DNA of 59,762 nt, the filler included, from Diploschistes diacapsis (lineage: Eukaryota), in assembly GCA_023645945.1 (NCBI GenBank). It is 5 parts of 5 records of this genome, joined end to end, with 100 filler letters (N's around TTAATTAATTAA, not from the genome) between each part and the next. Parts side by side here need not be neighbours in the genome. Positions count along the whole stretch, not along the records: positions 23,961 to 35,835 come from JALAIB010000792.1; positions 35,936 to 47,802 come from JALAIB010000793.1; 3 more parts are not named here. One strand, 5' to 3'. Below are positions 25,144-38,986 of this stretch, in pieces; the first letter of the stretch is position 1; each line of letters starts with the position of its first letter. The notes beneath the pieces were generated by a model. The model was not told the DNA's origin, did not search any database, and worked only from the letters and a program-made list of their open reading frames with translations. The position numbers and the translations under genes are program-made.

Positions 25144-26101
25144 ATAAGTCTCTGGAAATGGACATATGGTGCAAGATTCGGGCTACTGTTCAGGATTTGT
25201 CTTAAAAGTTTGAGACATCCAAAGCGCAGCTGCATGACCCAAAGCGTGAAGACACCTGTAGGCAGAGGGGATTAAATCCAGGGGAACCGACACATGGTGA
25301 AGGAGCGAGAGAGGGCCCTGAGAATGGCCTAATATTCCTGACCTTGTTGAGCGAGTAGAGCGAAGCCTCTCGGCAGTGTTCGAATCAAGAAGCTGGATCG
25401 ACCCGAAGAAGCCCCTTGTCCATCTGAAGTCCGTGCGATAATTCATTGAAGGTGAAGTAGAGGGCTGCCATATCTACCTCCATGATCACTACCTCTTCCT
25501 GAAGACTTGATAGAATCGTTGTACGAACTGTGCTTGCCCTGGATAAGTACCGACTGGGTTGGGGCACAGTCTGATTCACTGCAAGAGTAGAGTAATGATT
25601 GCGATGTTCAGTAAGTTCCAGCCGGTAAGTTGGGGACACGGAGACTTCCCAAGTAGACGCTTGCAGATGATGATATCTAATCTCGCGCTTGAGCTTTCGT
25701 AAAACTTACCTGTAGTACCGATGAATATTGCCCTAGAATGGTTTTAGCCATTTTGGTCAGAGAATAGGAGAGAATTTTGCAAACACGGAGTGTAGTATTA
25801 CCGATCTCCCCAGCACTAGCGCCAAGTAACTTTTTTTGCGCGGTGCTTGCGCCCTGTTTTCTTCCATTGAATTTTGACTCCGCACCACTCTCCACCACTC
25901 GACATCACACTTCAATCACCCCGACCTTGCGCCCGATCACAGTGTCGACCCCTTTTGTCTTGCCCAAGTGGACTCATCCGCACTGGTTCTTAAAGCGCAA
26001 ACACGGTCGCTTATCTCGCATCATCTTTGAGGCTTTTGCGAGTCCTTCCTTCGGCTAACCTTGCCAACCTCACTCTGGCCATTCCCTGAATCACCGCCGA
26101 A

Positions 26102-27759
26102 ATGTCGTCCGAAGTGTCGTCTACCCGCCTATATCTAGGCAATCTTCCTCGCGATGGTGAGCCTCCCTGAAATGAACAAGCAAGGATCTGGCCTGGCCAT
26201 GCGCTCCGGCAGGGACGTCCTACACGAGACCTTGACTTGGGGGAATCTATGGACTAGGACCAGGACTGATTCTTGACGCTGCTGGGCTTTCGTCTGGTGC
26301 CTTTATCAATGGAGCCGTTTGCTGACCTACCCCTTCGCGATCCAGTTACCAAGGAAGACATTCAAGACCATTTCAAGACCCATGGCGCTGGAACCATCAC
26401 CGAGGTCAAGCTCATGAATGGCTTCGGCTTCATTGAGTACGACGACGCCATGGATGCTAGAGATGTCGTTCCAGGTATGTTGCAACATCTATGTGGATGC
26501 AAGGAAATATTGACTAATAAGCAATAGCATTCCGTAAGCGCTGTATTTCTGGGTTGAACGGGAGCTAATACCGGAAAGACGGTTCTGACCTCAAGGGCTC
26601 CCGCTTGACGGTCCAGTTTGCTCGTGGTCCTCGTCCTCGCGATCAATTGAATCCTCCTGATCGCAGTCATCCTCGCCCCAGGCGCACTGCGTTCCGCATG
26701 CAGCTTACTGGGCTTCCAGAGGGAACAAGCTGGCAGGTTAGCTAAACAACTCCATTCCTACTTTGGTTATTGGACCTCTCGATTTCCTACATCAGGCCCA
26801 TCATGTCTTGTTCTTTGGCCTGGCTCATTGTTGTTGGAGTTCTATGATTTCTCATTGCCCGCCGTTCCTGCCGAAACTGGGAGTCGTGGAGCAACTATCT
26901 GACAAACATTACTTAACCTGTTGATACCACGAGCGAAAGCCTAGTGGTACCCTGTATTCCCGCTGGTACCTGCTCAGTCATTTCCTGTGGTCTTTCCCTT
27001 TCATGCCCTTACTTTGGGAGCTGTCCTTGGAGCTTGATCACTTGGAGGACCTCGGGCCAGGCCTGGACTTACTTGAGGATTGTAGGACCTGAAGGATTTT
27101 GCTCGCCAATCTGGCCTGGATGTCGTCTATTCTGAGGTTGGGCGCGAACGTGACGGCAGAGGGTAAGAATCCTGGGCTCGCGATACCTGATCTGGCTAAG
27201 ACAACGTCCAGTTTCGTTGAGTTCGAGACCTCTCCTGATCTCAAGACCGCTGTCGAGAAGCTTGACAACCGTGAATTTAAGGGGGCCAGTGTCCATTGCG
27301 CTGCAGATGTCAGTCATATCCCTACCGTTAGCGCTTATAGTATCATTAACCGGGTTACAGGAGCAAGCAGAGACCCCCCACTATCGCGGCAACAGGTCTC
27401 GATCACCTCCTCGTCGTGGTGGTGGCTATGGGCCCCCGGCTGATGAATACTACGGTCGTCGTGGCCCTCCTCGCGGTTATAGTCCTCGCCGCGAAGGATA
27501 TGGCCGCCGCCGTTCGCCGCCTCGTGATGACTACTACAGCCGTGGAAGATATGACTCTCCACCCCTTCGAGGTGTTCGTGGACCTCCTCCTGATGATTAC
27601 GCTCCTCCTCGAGGTCCTTATCGCGAAGACCCCTATGCTCGTCCACCTCCAGGCCGCTATGACGATCCTTATACTGCGGGCTACGATCGCCCACCCAGAC
27701 CGAGGAGCCCACCCCGAGGTTATGGCGGTTATGACGAGGCTCCGCGTCGTTACTGGTAA
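26102..27759 (+). CDS. srp2: SR-family pre-mRNA splicing factor with RRM1, pseudo-RRM (SWQDLKD) and RS/RG-rich tail (Srp2-like)
   Basis: RLYLGNLP, KLMNGFGFIEY, SWQ-DLKDFAR, GFVEFET; at least 6 introns including a 6-nt micro-exon at 26528-26533. Confidence 0.9.
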
Positions 27760-28433
27760 GTTATATATCAGATCTTTTTCTACCTGGTACTCGACAAATG
27801 CTTATCCTACTAGACAACGGTTCAAATACTCGGCAGCCAAGCAGATTCAGGTGGAGGACATCGGTTAATGGTTAAGCATGTAATCATCGGTGCGATAAAA
27901 GCTCTGTTTATGTAGCAAATTCCGGATATGCGCATCACAAATCTCGTTATGGCAAACTTAGTCCTGGTGGCAACCCATGTGCTAAGGATCTTGAAGAAAG
28001 GTTTTATGACCTGATCTTGTCCACACCCAGGCTGCTATTCCGAAGACTTGACAATATTCAAATAAAAATCAATTCTGTTCAGCATATTCAAGCAAGGCCT
28101 AATAACCACCATATGCATCAAGAATTTTGTGTAGGATATGGCTCATTATAGGAGTGAATGCTTCGTATTTAGCATTAGAGTGTGAGAGTTGCGGAATTTC
28201 AATCTCTACGCTAACCCAATTCATGCCTCCTGCTGTAAAGCTCACTGATTCGTAACGCCGAAGCTGCCTTCCTAAAAGTACACCGTACGCTATCCAAACG
28301 AATCTGCAATTAAGTCAGGATTGAACCATACCCCAAGAGCAATATCACTCCGTTGCTTCAAGATAGGTTCATTTAGTGCCTACACTCCTCATTGCTTCCG
28401 TGGACTCTAGCAGCTCTTTGCCACACGCCTATA

Positions 28434-29964
28434 ATGTCGACTTTAGAGGATCTCGACGATATGGAGAGGGAGGAAAGGGAAGATAAGGAAAAGAAAGAAA
28501 AGAAAGAAGGAGATGGAACAGACGACAAGAAGACAGGGAAGAACACCGATGTGCAGATGGAAGAGGCGGGCAAGGAGGATGACGAAGAGAAAGAAGAGGA
28601 CATTCTGGATGATGAGATCAGACATTCCAGCACACGAGATATCCAGATGCGGAAGCGGCTGCTTGAGAACGACCTCAGAATAATGAAGAGCGAATACCAG
28701 CGTCTTACACACGAGCAAGCTGCGATGAAGGAGAAGATAAAGGATAATCACGAGAAGATCGAAAATAATAGGTGAGGTCCATTAAAAGTCGCTAATGGTT
28801 CGCATCTACGAGCATTCACTTACGCTTTTGAAGGCAACTTCCTTATCTTGTCGGTAACGTCGTTGAGCTACTGGATCTAGACGTGGAGAAAGAGGCAGTG
28901 GAAGAGGGTGCAAACATTGATCTCGACGCCACGCGAGTGGGCAAATCCGCCGTCATCAAGACCTCGACCCGACAAACCATATTCCTCCCACTTATCGGTC
29001 TAGTCGACCACACAAAATTGAAGCCTGCCGATTTGATAGGCGTCAACAAAGACTCGTACCTTGTCCTCGACACTTTACCTGCCGAATATGATAGTCGAGT
29101 CAAGGCCATGGAGGTCGATGAGAAGCCAACAGAGAAGTATACAGATGTCGGCGGTCTAGACAAGCAGATAGAAGAGCTCGTTGAGGCTGTTGTCTGGCCG
29201 ATGAAGGAAGCCGAGCGGTTTAAGAAGATCGGCATCAAGGCACCCAAAGGTACGCTCAAGACAGGACCGTCGTCTCCATTCCTTGTCGCTAATTATCCTT
29301 GCCCTCAGGTGCCCTCATGTACGGACCTCCTGGCACAGGAAAAACCCTCCTAGCTCGTGCCTGCGCCGCGCAGACAGATGCCACCTTCCTTAAGCTCGCA
29401 GGCCCGCAGCTCGTACAAATGTTCATCGGCGACGGCGCCAAGCTAGTGCGCGACTGCTTCGCTCTCGCGAAGGAAAAAGCGCCTTCGATCATCTTCATCG
29501 ACGAACTCGACGCCGTGGGCACCAAGCGCTTCGACAGCGAAAAATCCGGCGACCGCGAGGTGCAGCGAACGATGCTGGAGCTCCTAAACCAGCTCGACGG
29601 CTTCGCCTCGGACGACCGCGTCAAGGTCCTGGCCGCGACGAACAGGGTGGACGTGCTGGACCCAGCGCTGCTGCGGTCCGGCCGGCTGGACAGGAAGATC
29701 GAGTTCCCGCTGCCGAACGAGGAGGCGCGGGCGCAGATCCTAAAGATCCATAGCCGGAAAATGACGGTGGACAAGAGCGTCAATTGGCCGGAACTGGCGA
29801 GGAGCACGGACGAGTTTGGAGGCGCGCAGCTGAAGGCCGTGTGTGTGGAGGCGGGCATGATTGCGCTGAGGAAGGGCAAGGCGAAGATTGGGCACGAGCA
29901 TTACGTGGATGCGATTGCGGAGGTGCAGGCTAAGAAGACGCAGGCTGTCAGCTTCTATGCATAG
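28434..29964 (+). CDS. RPT5: 26S proteasome AAA-ATPase subunit 6A, 3 exons
   Basis: [58 protein letters not shown]-terminal HbYX motif FYA. Confidence 0.97.
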
Positions 29965-30582
29965 TAGGTTCTTGTTTTGCGTGGTAGGGGGGATGGAGGG
30001 TCGTGTTCGATAGATGGGAAGCGTGGTGTCAGCATGGCCGGTCAACTGGTTACTACCTCTTGCACAATAGCGATAATGATAGAGCGTACGATCTTAGTCC
30101 TTATCATCATCGATGGTCATTGCATTATGTGCAGCACAACACGCATAGTCACAAGCCCAGCCATAGGTTCGTAATGCAGCTCCACTGTTCGGAGTCAATT
30201 ATGTGTAAAAAAGCAGGCCCGCATATGATACATCCTATCGCAAGCCTCATGCTAATTACATTCCTCAAGTAGATTTTCCAAGCCGCAGATCCGGCTCCAA
30301 AGCCAGATCTACTATTCTCGTTACATGGCATACTCTTGCACACACCCCTTTTCAATTCATCCGACATGCAAAACATCAGTCCATGAATTCATGCCAAACA
30401 CCCCCGCATCTAAACTCCGACCATAATGCACAGTGCCATTCCCAGTCTTCCATCCATCCTCAGAAAAAAAAAAGATGGATAGCTGACCATGGCCGCTAAC
30501 CCCCAACAAACAGACAAGGTAGCCCTATCCATCACCTGCAGAGGAGATGGAGGAGGGGATAGGGCCGAGGGAAGAAGAGAGT

Positions 30583-30918
30583 TTAGGGATCGGTACAGCC
30601 GCCGTTGCACCACCTGCGCGTGTCGTCGTCAGCGGTAGATTCTATGGCAAGCGTGGATGTGGGGGGTGTTTGCAGTGACGGGATGACAGTAAAGGGAGGG
30701 GAAGGGGAAGAAGAGCAAGGAGCAGCGGGGAGGAAGAAGAGGACGGATGGAGGGAAGGGGGGAGATACGTACTTGTTCCCGCACTTGCCGCAGCCGAAGA
30801 AGCAGTTGATGGGCGCGCGGACCGTGGTCGGGGCAACGCTCTTGTCGGCCGTGACCGAGAGGCGGCAGGGAAATGAGATGGTGGTAGTAGAAGGGATGGT
30901 CGATTGAGGGGGAGACAT
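30583..30918 (-). CDS. Small Cys-rich peptide, 58 aa after removing the 159-nt intron 30614-30772
   Basis: GTACGT donor, pyrimidine-rich intron, GCTGAC branch, CAG acceptor; AAGATG start context; upstream 5'UTR intron and TATA box. Confidence 0.6.
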   Translation of the reverse strand: MSPPQSTIPSTTTISFPCRLSVTADKSVAPTTVRAPINCFFGCGKCGNKYVSPPFPPSVLFFLPAAPCSSSPSPPFTVIPSLQTPPTSTLAIESTADDDTRRWCNGGCTDP

Positions 30919-31269
30919 CTTCTTCCTTGTGGGTTGAGCTGACTTCTGAGTAAGGAGATAGATGGTTGAATTTGCGTAGAGGATTAGAGCGATGGTGGTT
31001 TTGGGTGGTCTTGGTTGTGTGGTAAAGAAGATGTGTGATGTTTTGCTTGGGAAGCCTAAAGGGGGAGATTTAGTATTTTGAAACAGCTCTCAAAACAATA
31101 GAGCATGTGTTCTAGATGTTGTCTCGTTAGAGATGTTTACTTACTGTTACTATTTTAAGCCGAAATCTTTGATGGCTGGACTGTCAAGAGAAAGAGAGAC
31201 TGTTCCTATCTTTAGTTAAGGTATTGTAAGAAGAGAAAGGGAAGAAAGGGAAGAAGCGTGTAGAACAGG

Positions 31270-31277
31270 TTTATATA
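31270..31277 (-). promoter_or_regulatory. TATA box (TATATAAA) for the small Cys-rich peptide gene
   Basis: Consensus TATA followed by a CT-rich tract and an ATG-free leader. Confidence 0.5.
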
Positions 31278-32118
31278 GCCCTTTGTTGTGTCAGAGATGC
31301 ACAATAGATGACGGTGAATCTGAACCTTCGAGTGTTTGATGTACAAACAAAGGCCTCGAGCAACATCTCGAAGATTCGAAGGCAAACTTATACAAACTTA
31401 GAGATTAACTGTAATGACTCTTGAGGATCTGTGGGCTTTGGGAGTCAAGGGCCCTATGACTTCACTTTGCTTGAGCTAGAAGGAGCGATGTAGTAGGCAG
31501 AATAACGGACTCCATGGATGCAAGGAATGTTAGGTAAAAAGATCCGCCAGCGCACAAGGAGGGAATCTTTGAGATGAGTGATATCAAAAAGGTGCTTCTG
31601 TTCAGGTTTCGATGGGACGCGACAAGGGAGAGCGAGGATCAACGTGAGCCTCAAACAGACTTAATCGTGGAAGGGACGATTCGAACACACGTAGCAGAAG
31701 GTATACTGATGTTTTCCATTAACGGATTGCCACAAGGTGCATTGTAAAGTGTCGCAGGTCTTCGAACGCTATTTAGACCTTAAGCGCCTCCGGGTAACAT
31801 TCGGCAGGAATTTGGATATAATGGATGCCGAAGCTTAGTAAATCTGGCCCTGTTACTAAATCCGATGGCGCTATAGCATTGGTTGTGAAATCTTGATCTC
31901 AATAACGGCAATTAGCTGGCCGCGTGCGAGCGAAAAATTGACCTCTTCAGACAAGGGTGGAAATGGAAGCCCTCCATCGATCGAATTCAAGGAGCCACAC
32001 GAAAAGACACTAATGATGCGCTTTCAGTAGCCCAGCGAAGCAATAAGTCTTGATTGGGGTTGATAGCAAGTTAGGCTTAAAAGGCATTTAGTAGAAAGTA
32101 GTGGTTTGTACAAAGGTC

Positions 32119-33813
32119 TTAAATTCGTTCCAGTACCTCCTCGTCACCAATGTTCAACATCTTCCATCTCGACACGAAGTCGTCCATGTTGACTAGAAGT
32201 AGATTAGCATGAGCAAAGGTGCCATCAAAAAGGTTCTTTGGTCGACCTACTATATCCACCACATATCCGTCTTGCTCCAGTGAATGCAGTTCTTCCGTGC
32301 AGCATGCGCCAATTGTCGAAAACTACGAGATCAGAATGAGCGGACTAAAATAAATGGAAACACTCACTCAGTGCTTTTCCAGGCTTGAGCTGGAACCGAT
32401 ACTCAAGCTCGGGGCTACGGAGGATGTCCTGCCACTTCCTCGCAGCATCATACCATTTGTCCGGATTTCTCGTCCGATCCATAGTCCCCCTATCGGAGTT
32501 GTTCCATCTGATTTGACGGAGAAAGCTATTGCCCCACAAACCTGTGATCACGATATCCCTGGTTCCTTCTGTAATGACGGGAAAGCTGCCGCCTGATGGA
32601 GTGATGGAAACCCCTTTGTTTCCACTTGCATGCCAAGGGACACTGTAGGTTGACAAGACACTGAAGGCATGCGGGTGTTCTCTTTTGAGTTTGCGCGCCG
32701 CTTTGAACCCGTCCACGAGTATGGAAGCACCTCCTTCACCGCCGGTGTGTGACAGCAGATGGAACATCTGAAGGCCCGCAGGATCCGTAAAGTATGTTGT
32801 ATCGGTATGAGCGTCAAGAGATACGGTAGTATAAGCAGTGTCTTTCAAAGCTAGATCCGAAGTGAAATCATAAAAGCCTCCATAGTGTGTGTGTCGAATA
32901 TAGGATATCCGTTCGAGTAAGCGCTGAGTAGCCTCGGGATCGATAGGACAGCCCTCGATGAAGCAGAAACCAGATCGACATATCTCATCAGTCCACTCAC
33001 CTACACCAATATCTGAGGACATTACGTCCACATAAGAGACAGTAGGCGGCGCGCGATCTTTGGTAGGGTCAAAGAACGCCGCTCGATGGTTATGAAACAA
33101 TTCCGTAGACGATAGTTCGGTTCGTGCATATATCCAACGCCAGCTGTAAAAGCTTTTGTGGCCATCATTAGCCCCTATCCATCAGCGAGAACATGGTGAA
33201 CAATGGCCATGGTGTTGCAATACAGGTAACGTGAAGCCCGTCGTCCTCGGCCCGAGCCTGCGAAGGTTTTATATCATGTGGAATCTATGCAAGGTCAATA
33301 CGTGACCTTCCTGCCGGCATTCATCGACGGCTTAGTTGTTATTGATGCAAGTCATAAACGGACCAAGGTACGTACGGAGAAAGTATCGAGTTTCCTTTGC
33401 TTAGTATCTGGATAGTGACACTCAGAACAGCGACAGTGATCTCTAGTCAGGAAATGAGCAGGATGGAGCAATGTGGTCGGTTCGATAATGACCTTAAAAA
33501 GAAGCTGCTTCTTCACAAAAGTTAGCTTTGCTTCAGCAATGCCAAATCTGGACGATATTTACAAGCTGAACCGAGGTCTTAATTTCCAATCTAGAACAAA
33601 TTTGCCATCCCCTCCAACCTCAAAAGCAGGCTTCTTCACACGAGGAGCCTGCAATGTACTAACGCATGCTACACGTTCGGGACAGTGGAGTCCGTTATAG
33701 TAGAGTCCGCTACGCGGTGATGTTCTCAGAACATGGGAAATAGATGGGGAGCTGCATGCTTGGGTTCCTATGCCTAGCCAGCTATGAAAGCCAATAGCAG
33801 CGCGAGGTAGCAT
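32119..33813 (-). CDS. Trimethyllysine dioxygenase (carnitine biosynthesis, Fe/2-OG), with N-terminal presequence, multi-exon
   Basis: LRDHCRCSEC (needs a 15-nt micro-exon near 33492-33506), IRHTHYGGFYDFTSDL, HTDTTYFTDPAGLQMFH, LVDGF, QIRWNNSDR, FDNWRMLHGRTAF. Confidence 0.9.
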
Positions 33814-33940
33814 GCTCACTGCAATATATAGCCTCCATAAGAATGAGAATTGGAAACCGAAGTATGTCTAGAGAATGAGGCTTGAAGTAGGTTTCCGGAA
33901 GTACTATATTCCGAGATTTGCCGGGATATAGATGTTCCGG

Positions 33941-33944
<4 letters not shown>

Positions 33945-33976
<32 letters not shown>
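33945..33976. repeat. (TAC)10 microsatellite in the divergent promoter
   Basis: Perfect trinucleotide run. Confidence 0.95.
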
Positions 33977-34174
33977 TGAATTCCTCTTCCGTTGCGGCAC
34001 GCGTGGTGGGTTGAGCTCAAAGTTACAGACTCACAGTCACCTTTTATATTCATTACATCCTCTCAGATATTTTGTGCGCACTTCATCACCAACTTTCGCT
34101 ACTCCATTCTCGTCCCTCCTGTGCTTACAAATCGTCTGTCTGTCTTTTTCAGGAAACATCGAGCAGCATCCACA

Positions 34175-35513
<1,339 letters not shown>

Positions 35514-35835
35514 GGTGGAGGCCATCGCTGTTGACACGATACCCTTTTCTTTACGTTTCTGCTTTGTAAGCGCTGAGGAGGAGTTGCCCAACATTTTCGG
35601 CTGCACACATGACCAAAATCGTGGGTTATGAAGAAAAAAGGGCACCAATGGTCATGATGTGGTTACCTGCGTGCGAGAGCAGCTGTAAAGAGTGAAACTC
35701 CCAATCCAAACTGCACATGATATACCTTCGCAGCTTCGTAACCAACTCCCTTCGCTCGCTCCTCCCTCACAACTTACTCCTCCCCTCCCCCGCACCATTT
35801 TGAACCCTCATAACCGCCCGCCCATTACTCAACAC

Positions 35836-35935
35836 NNNNNNNNNNNNNNNNNNNNNNNNNNNNNNNNNNNNNNNNNNNNTTAATTAATTAANNNNNNNNN
35901 NNNNNNNNNNNNNNNNNNNNNNNNNNNNNNNNNNN
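35836..35935. other. Artificial contig spacer
   Basis: N44-TTAATTAATTAA-N44. Confidence 0.99.
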
Positions 35936-36071
35936 GCGGTAAAGCGGCAGTAGTGTATGGTGAAGGCCTTGGGGAGGGCTTCGAGGACAACCTTGGACGT
36001 TTGGCTGGGGGTATTTTAGAAGGGTCGTACTCCGAATCAGAATCTTCGTAATCATCGAGCCCGACTGCCAT
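35936..36071 (-). CDS. 5' fragment of a nuclear protein, possibly Usb1-like (N-terminal DY-acidic motif plus NLS)
   Basis: MAVGLDDYEDSDSE...PPAKRPRL; truncated by the spacer, too short to assign. Confidence 0.4.
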
Positions 36072-38986
36072 GGTCAGGACACATGGATGATGTCGCGGGG
36101 TCAGTAAATGCTCGAGAGAGAGGAACGAGTGAGTGGCGGTCAGAGCAATTTTGGAGTTGGAACCAACAAACTCCCAAATTTGTTACAAGAACAACGGTAG
36201 AAGAACTGGAAGGATTTACACTAAGCAAGAGTATATAGGGTGAGACAAATCCGAACAAGAATTTTTGCTGGGAGCATGTAATCAAATTCATATATGTCAA
36301 GCTTAAAAGGTGGATAAATACTTGTCTCTCAAGACCACAGGTTGTATGGAGCATTTCACGCTGGTAAGTAGGCTAATCCTAAAATCGTGCCAAAGGGGTT
36401 GGGTAGAAAGAAGGATTAACTTTTTCTTTTAGCACAGCGGGTCGCTCGCACGATGATTACGAAATCACTTTAGCAATGACTTTTACATGCTGATGATAAT
36501 ACAGCCTTCAGCAAGATCCGACGATCAAAAACATAAAACATAAAACACTTGTAGGTTCAGTTTTGGAAGTTCATGTTGTAAAAGGTTTGACCAAAGTGAG
36601 AGCCCTCGACTTGTGTGGGTGGCACTGTAGCCCAGAGGAACGGGGAAATGGGTTCCAATGCGCTTCGGCTAAATGATTCATTCACGCGATGCAAGTCTTT
36701 ACCTACCTAGTACCTAGTACGTGCCCTACTCCCATATGGTAGCATTATGAAGGGGACGAATCCCACCGCGTGCTCTGCAATAGAAGGTGATTAGACGGGT
36801 ATTTGAATCTTTCATAATGCAAACGTTTATGCGCCCCCCAGGTGTTAGTGTATGTATGTATCAGCAAGTTGGGGGTCTTTTTTGATCGCATTAGGGGGGC
36901 CAATGTATGCAAACAAACGGTGGGATGATAGATATTTCAGCTCTGGTCCGATCCAAGGTTCAAGGACCAACACATCCGGTACCAGACTGGCTCTACCCCT
37001 GCGAGCTGTGGTTCAGGAATATATATGGTTGCAGAAAACTTCACACACTCACACACACTTTGCCAGTGCGAAATTCTGCCTTCCACTGATACCATTCCAC
37101 GATGGATGATTATAGACAGCTGGGTGTTCTGGGTGTATCCCCTTCCTTATAGGTAGGTGTAGGTCAGCTGTGCCAAGTACCTAAAATAAAAAAAACATGA
37201 CTCGGAATCACGGCTCGCATGGATTGCCCGTCTAATGCTTGTATAATAATGCAGTCTAAAAAGGTGCCCCGTCTCACAGTCATAAAGCATCGAACCCGGT
37301 GGCAGTGGGTCAGCATGCGAAATGTTAAAATGTGTGTCTTCTTCGGTGTAGACCGGGATATCCATTGGTCCAGTTTCTTTGTGCCGCTGTTGTCCGCCGG
37401 TATTTCCAGTATAATAATAATTTGGCCTTCCGACTTCAACTACTTACTATATCTTGTCAGCGATAAGATAAATAAATGACTCAACCTTCGACGTCCTGTC
37501 CTAGTTAGCCAGAGTTGGAGGGCGGGACCCAATAAGGGAGGGGAGGGGTACAAACGTTGTAGATATTGGGACGACTTGGTTCCACTGTCACATCGCGGAG
37601 ACTCCGTTTTAGAGTCGTCATTTACGAACAGAAAAGCTTACCCTACATGCACATAACCCTCGTCTAGCGTTCTACCACCTACAACGTCGCAACCGGACCA
37701 GCTGTACAGAATTGCTACGTTAGCCACATCAGGCTACCCGACCACCATCCAGGGTCATCTTAACGAAAAAAGAATAATGCGACAGCATGGGTGGCCCAGC
37801 TGATTGCGTCTGGGTCTGGGACGAGGGTGATTAGATCGCGAGGATGGCTTGATATGGGCGATTGCAACCACCAACACCGGGCGCTAGAGTATATTGTGCA
37901 CGTACTTATAGCATTTTGCCGCTCGTTCTTCACCAAACTCACACGAGCTGACTAATGGTTTGTCAGTCACGAGACCACCCTGGTTGTAAGAGCTTATATT
38001 GGGCACTAAAGTACAAGGAAAAAAGATAGTAACTCTGAATAGCCAGTATATGAAACCCTATTTGGCGAGATCGGATGGACCTAGGCAAATCAGATTGGAT
38101 CTTCAAAGAAGCCTCGCCTACATTACACCATCGCTACATGCCTTTGAAATCTCGCAGTGTTTGCCAGAGAAACGGTGGAGGGGGGGGGTGGATTCAGCCA
38201 TTCATCCTGCAACAGGGTCCCATCCATTGCGCAATACAATACGTGGTAGTGGTAGTAGTACGCCTCAGGACGCATGTGCCGTATTCGGTACAACCACTAC
38301 TTCCCTTTTTCGCCCGGGCCTTTTACGATACTTTTCATACAGCCCTCCTCGCCCTTGCCCTTATTGTACGTGCTGTCGCTTATGCTGCATGCGTCCAACG
38401 CATCTAGTAGACGTTGCATTGCCTCGACTCACTTAGCTTGCCTTCCTGCGGGATGCGTTCCCTTTAGAGATCCATGCCCGTCAGGCTCGAGCTGGCTGGC
38501 TATGCTCACTTGTTTGATGCGTGCTGCCTTTAAAAGCCCTGCAGCCTTAAGAAGAAGAGGCATACAAGCCTACTTACGGCGCTTCGATTGATTTGGGGGT
38601 GCTCGGATCAGAGAAGCATCATGGCCCTTGAGCATCGCGCAGAAGGCTTCTCAGTTCTGCTGATCGGCCCATACTGCATGCATTAACCCCCCATACTTTA
38701 CTACGAGGCAAAGCAGCAAGCCTAGCCATACATGTGGCGTTAACGCCACCCTGGTGCAGCATTCTGGCATAACTCAACTCAAGTGGAGCAATAAAGCGAC
38801 TATCTAGATCTTCAACTTCAGAATCAATCCCAAACATACCAGGAGCAGCCCTGTTATGTGATTCATGACCTGTTATTGTCACCCACCTTCAAACCTCATA
38901 GAAACTATCCCTTTGCAACACCGCTCTATGACCTTCATCGCACACCTACATTTCCCCACCTCTTTTCCCGCCCAGTGAACGTCCCT

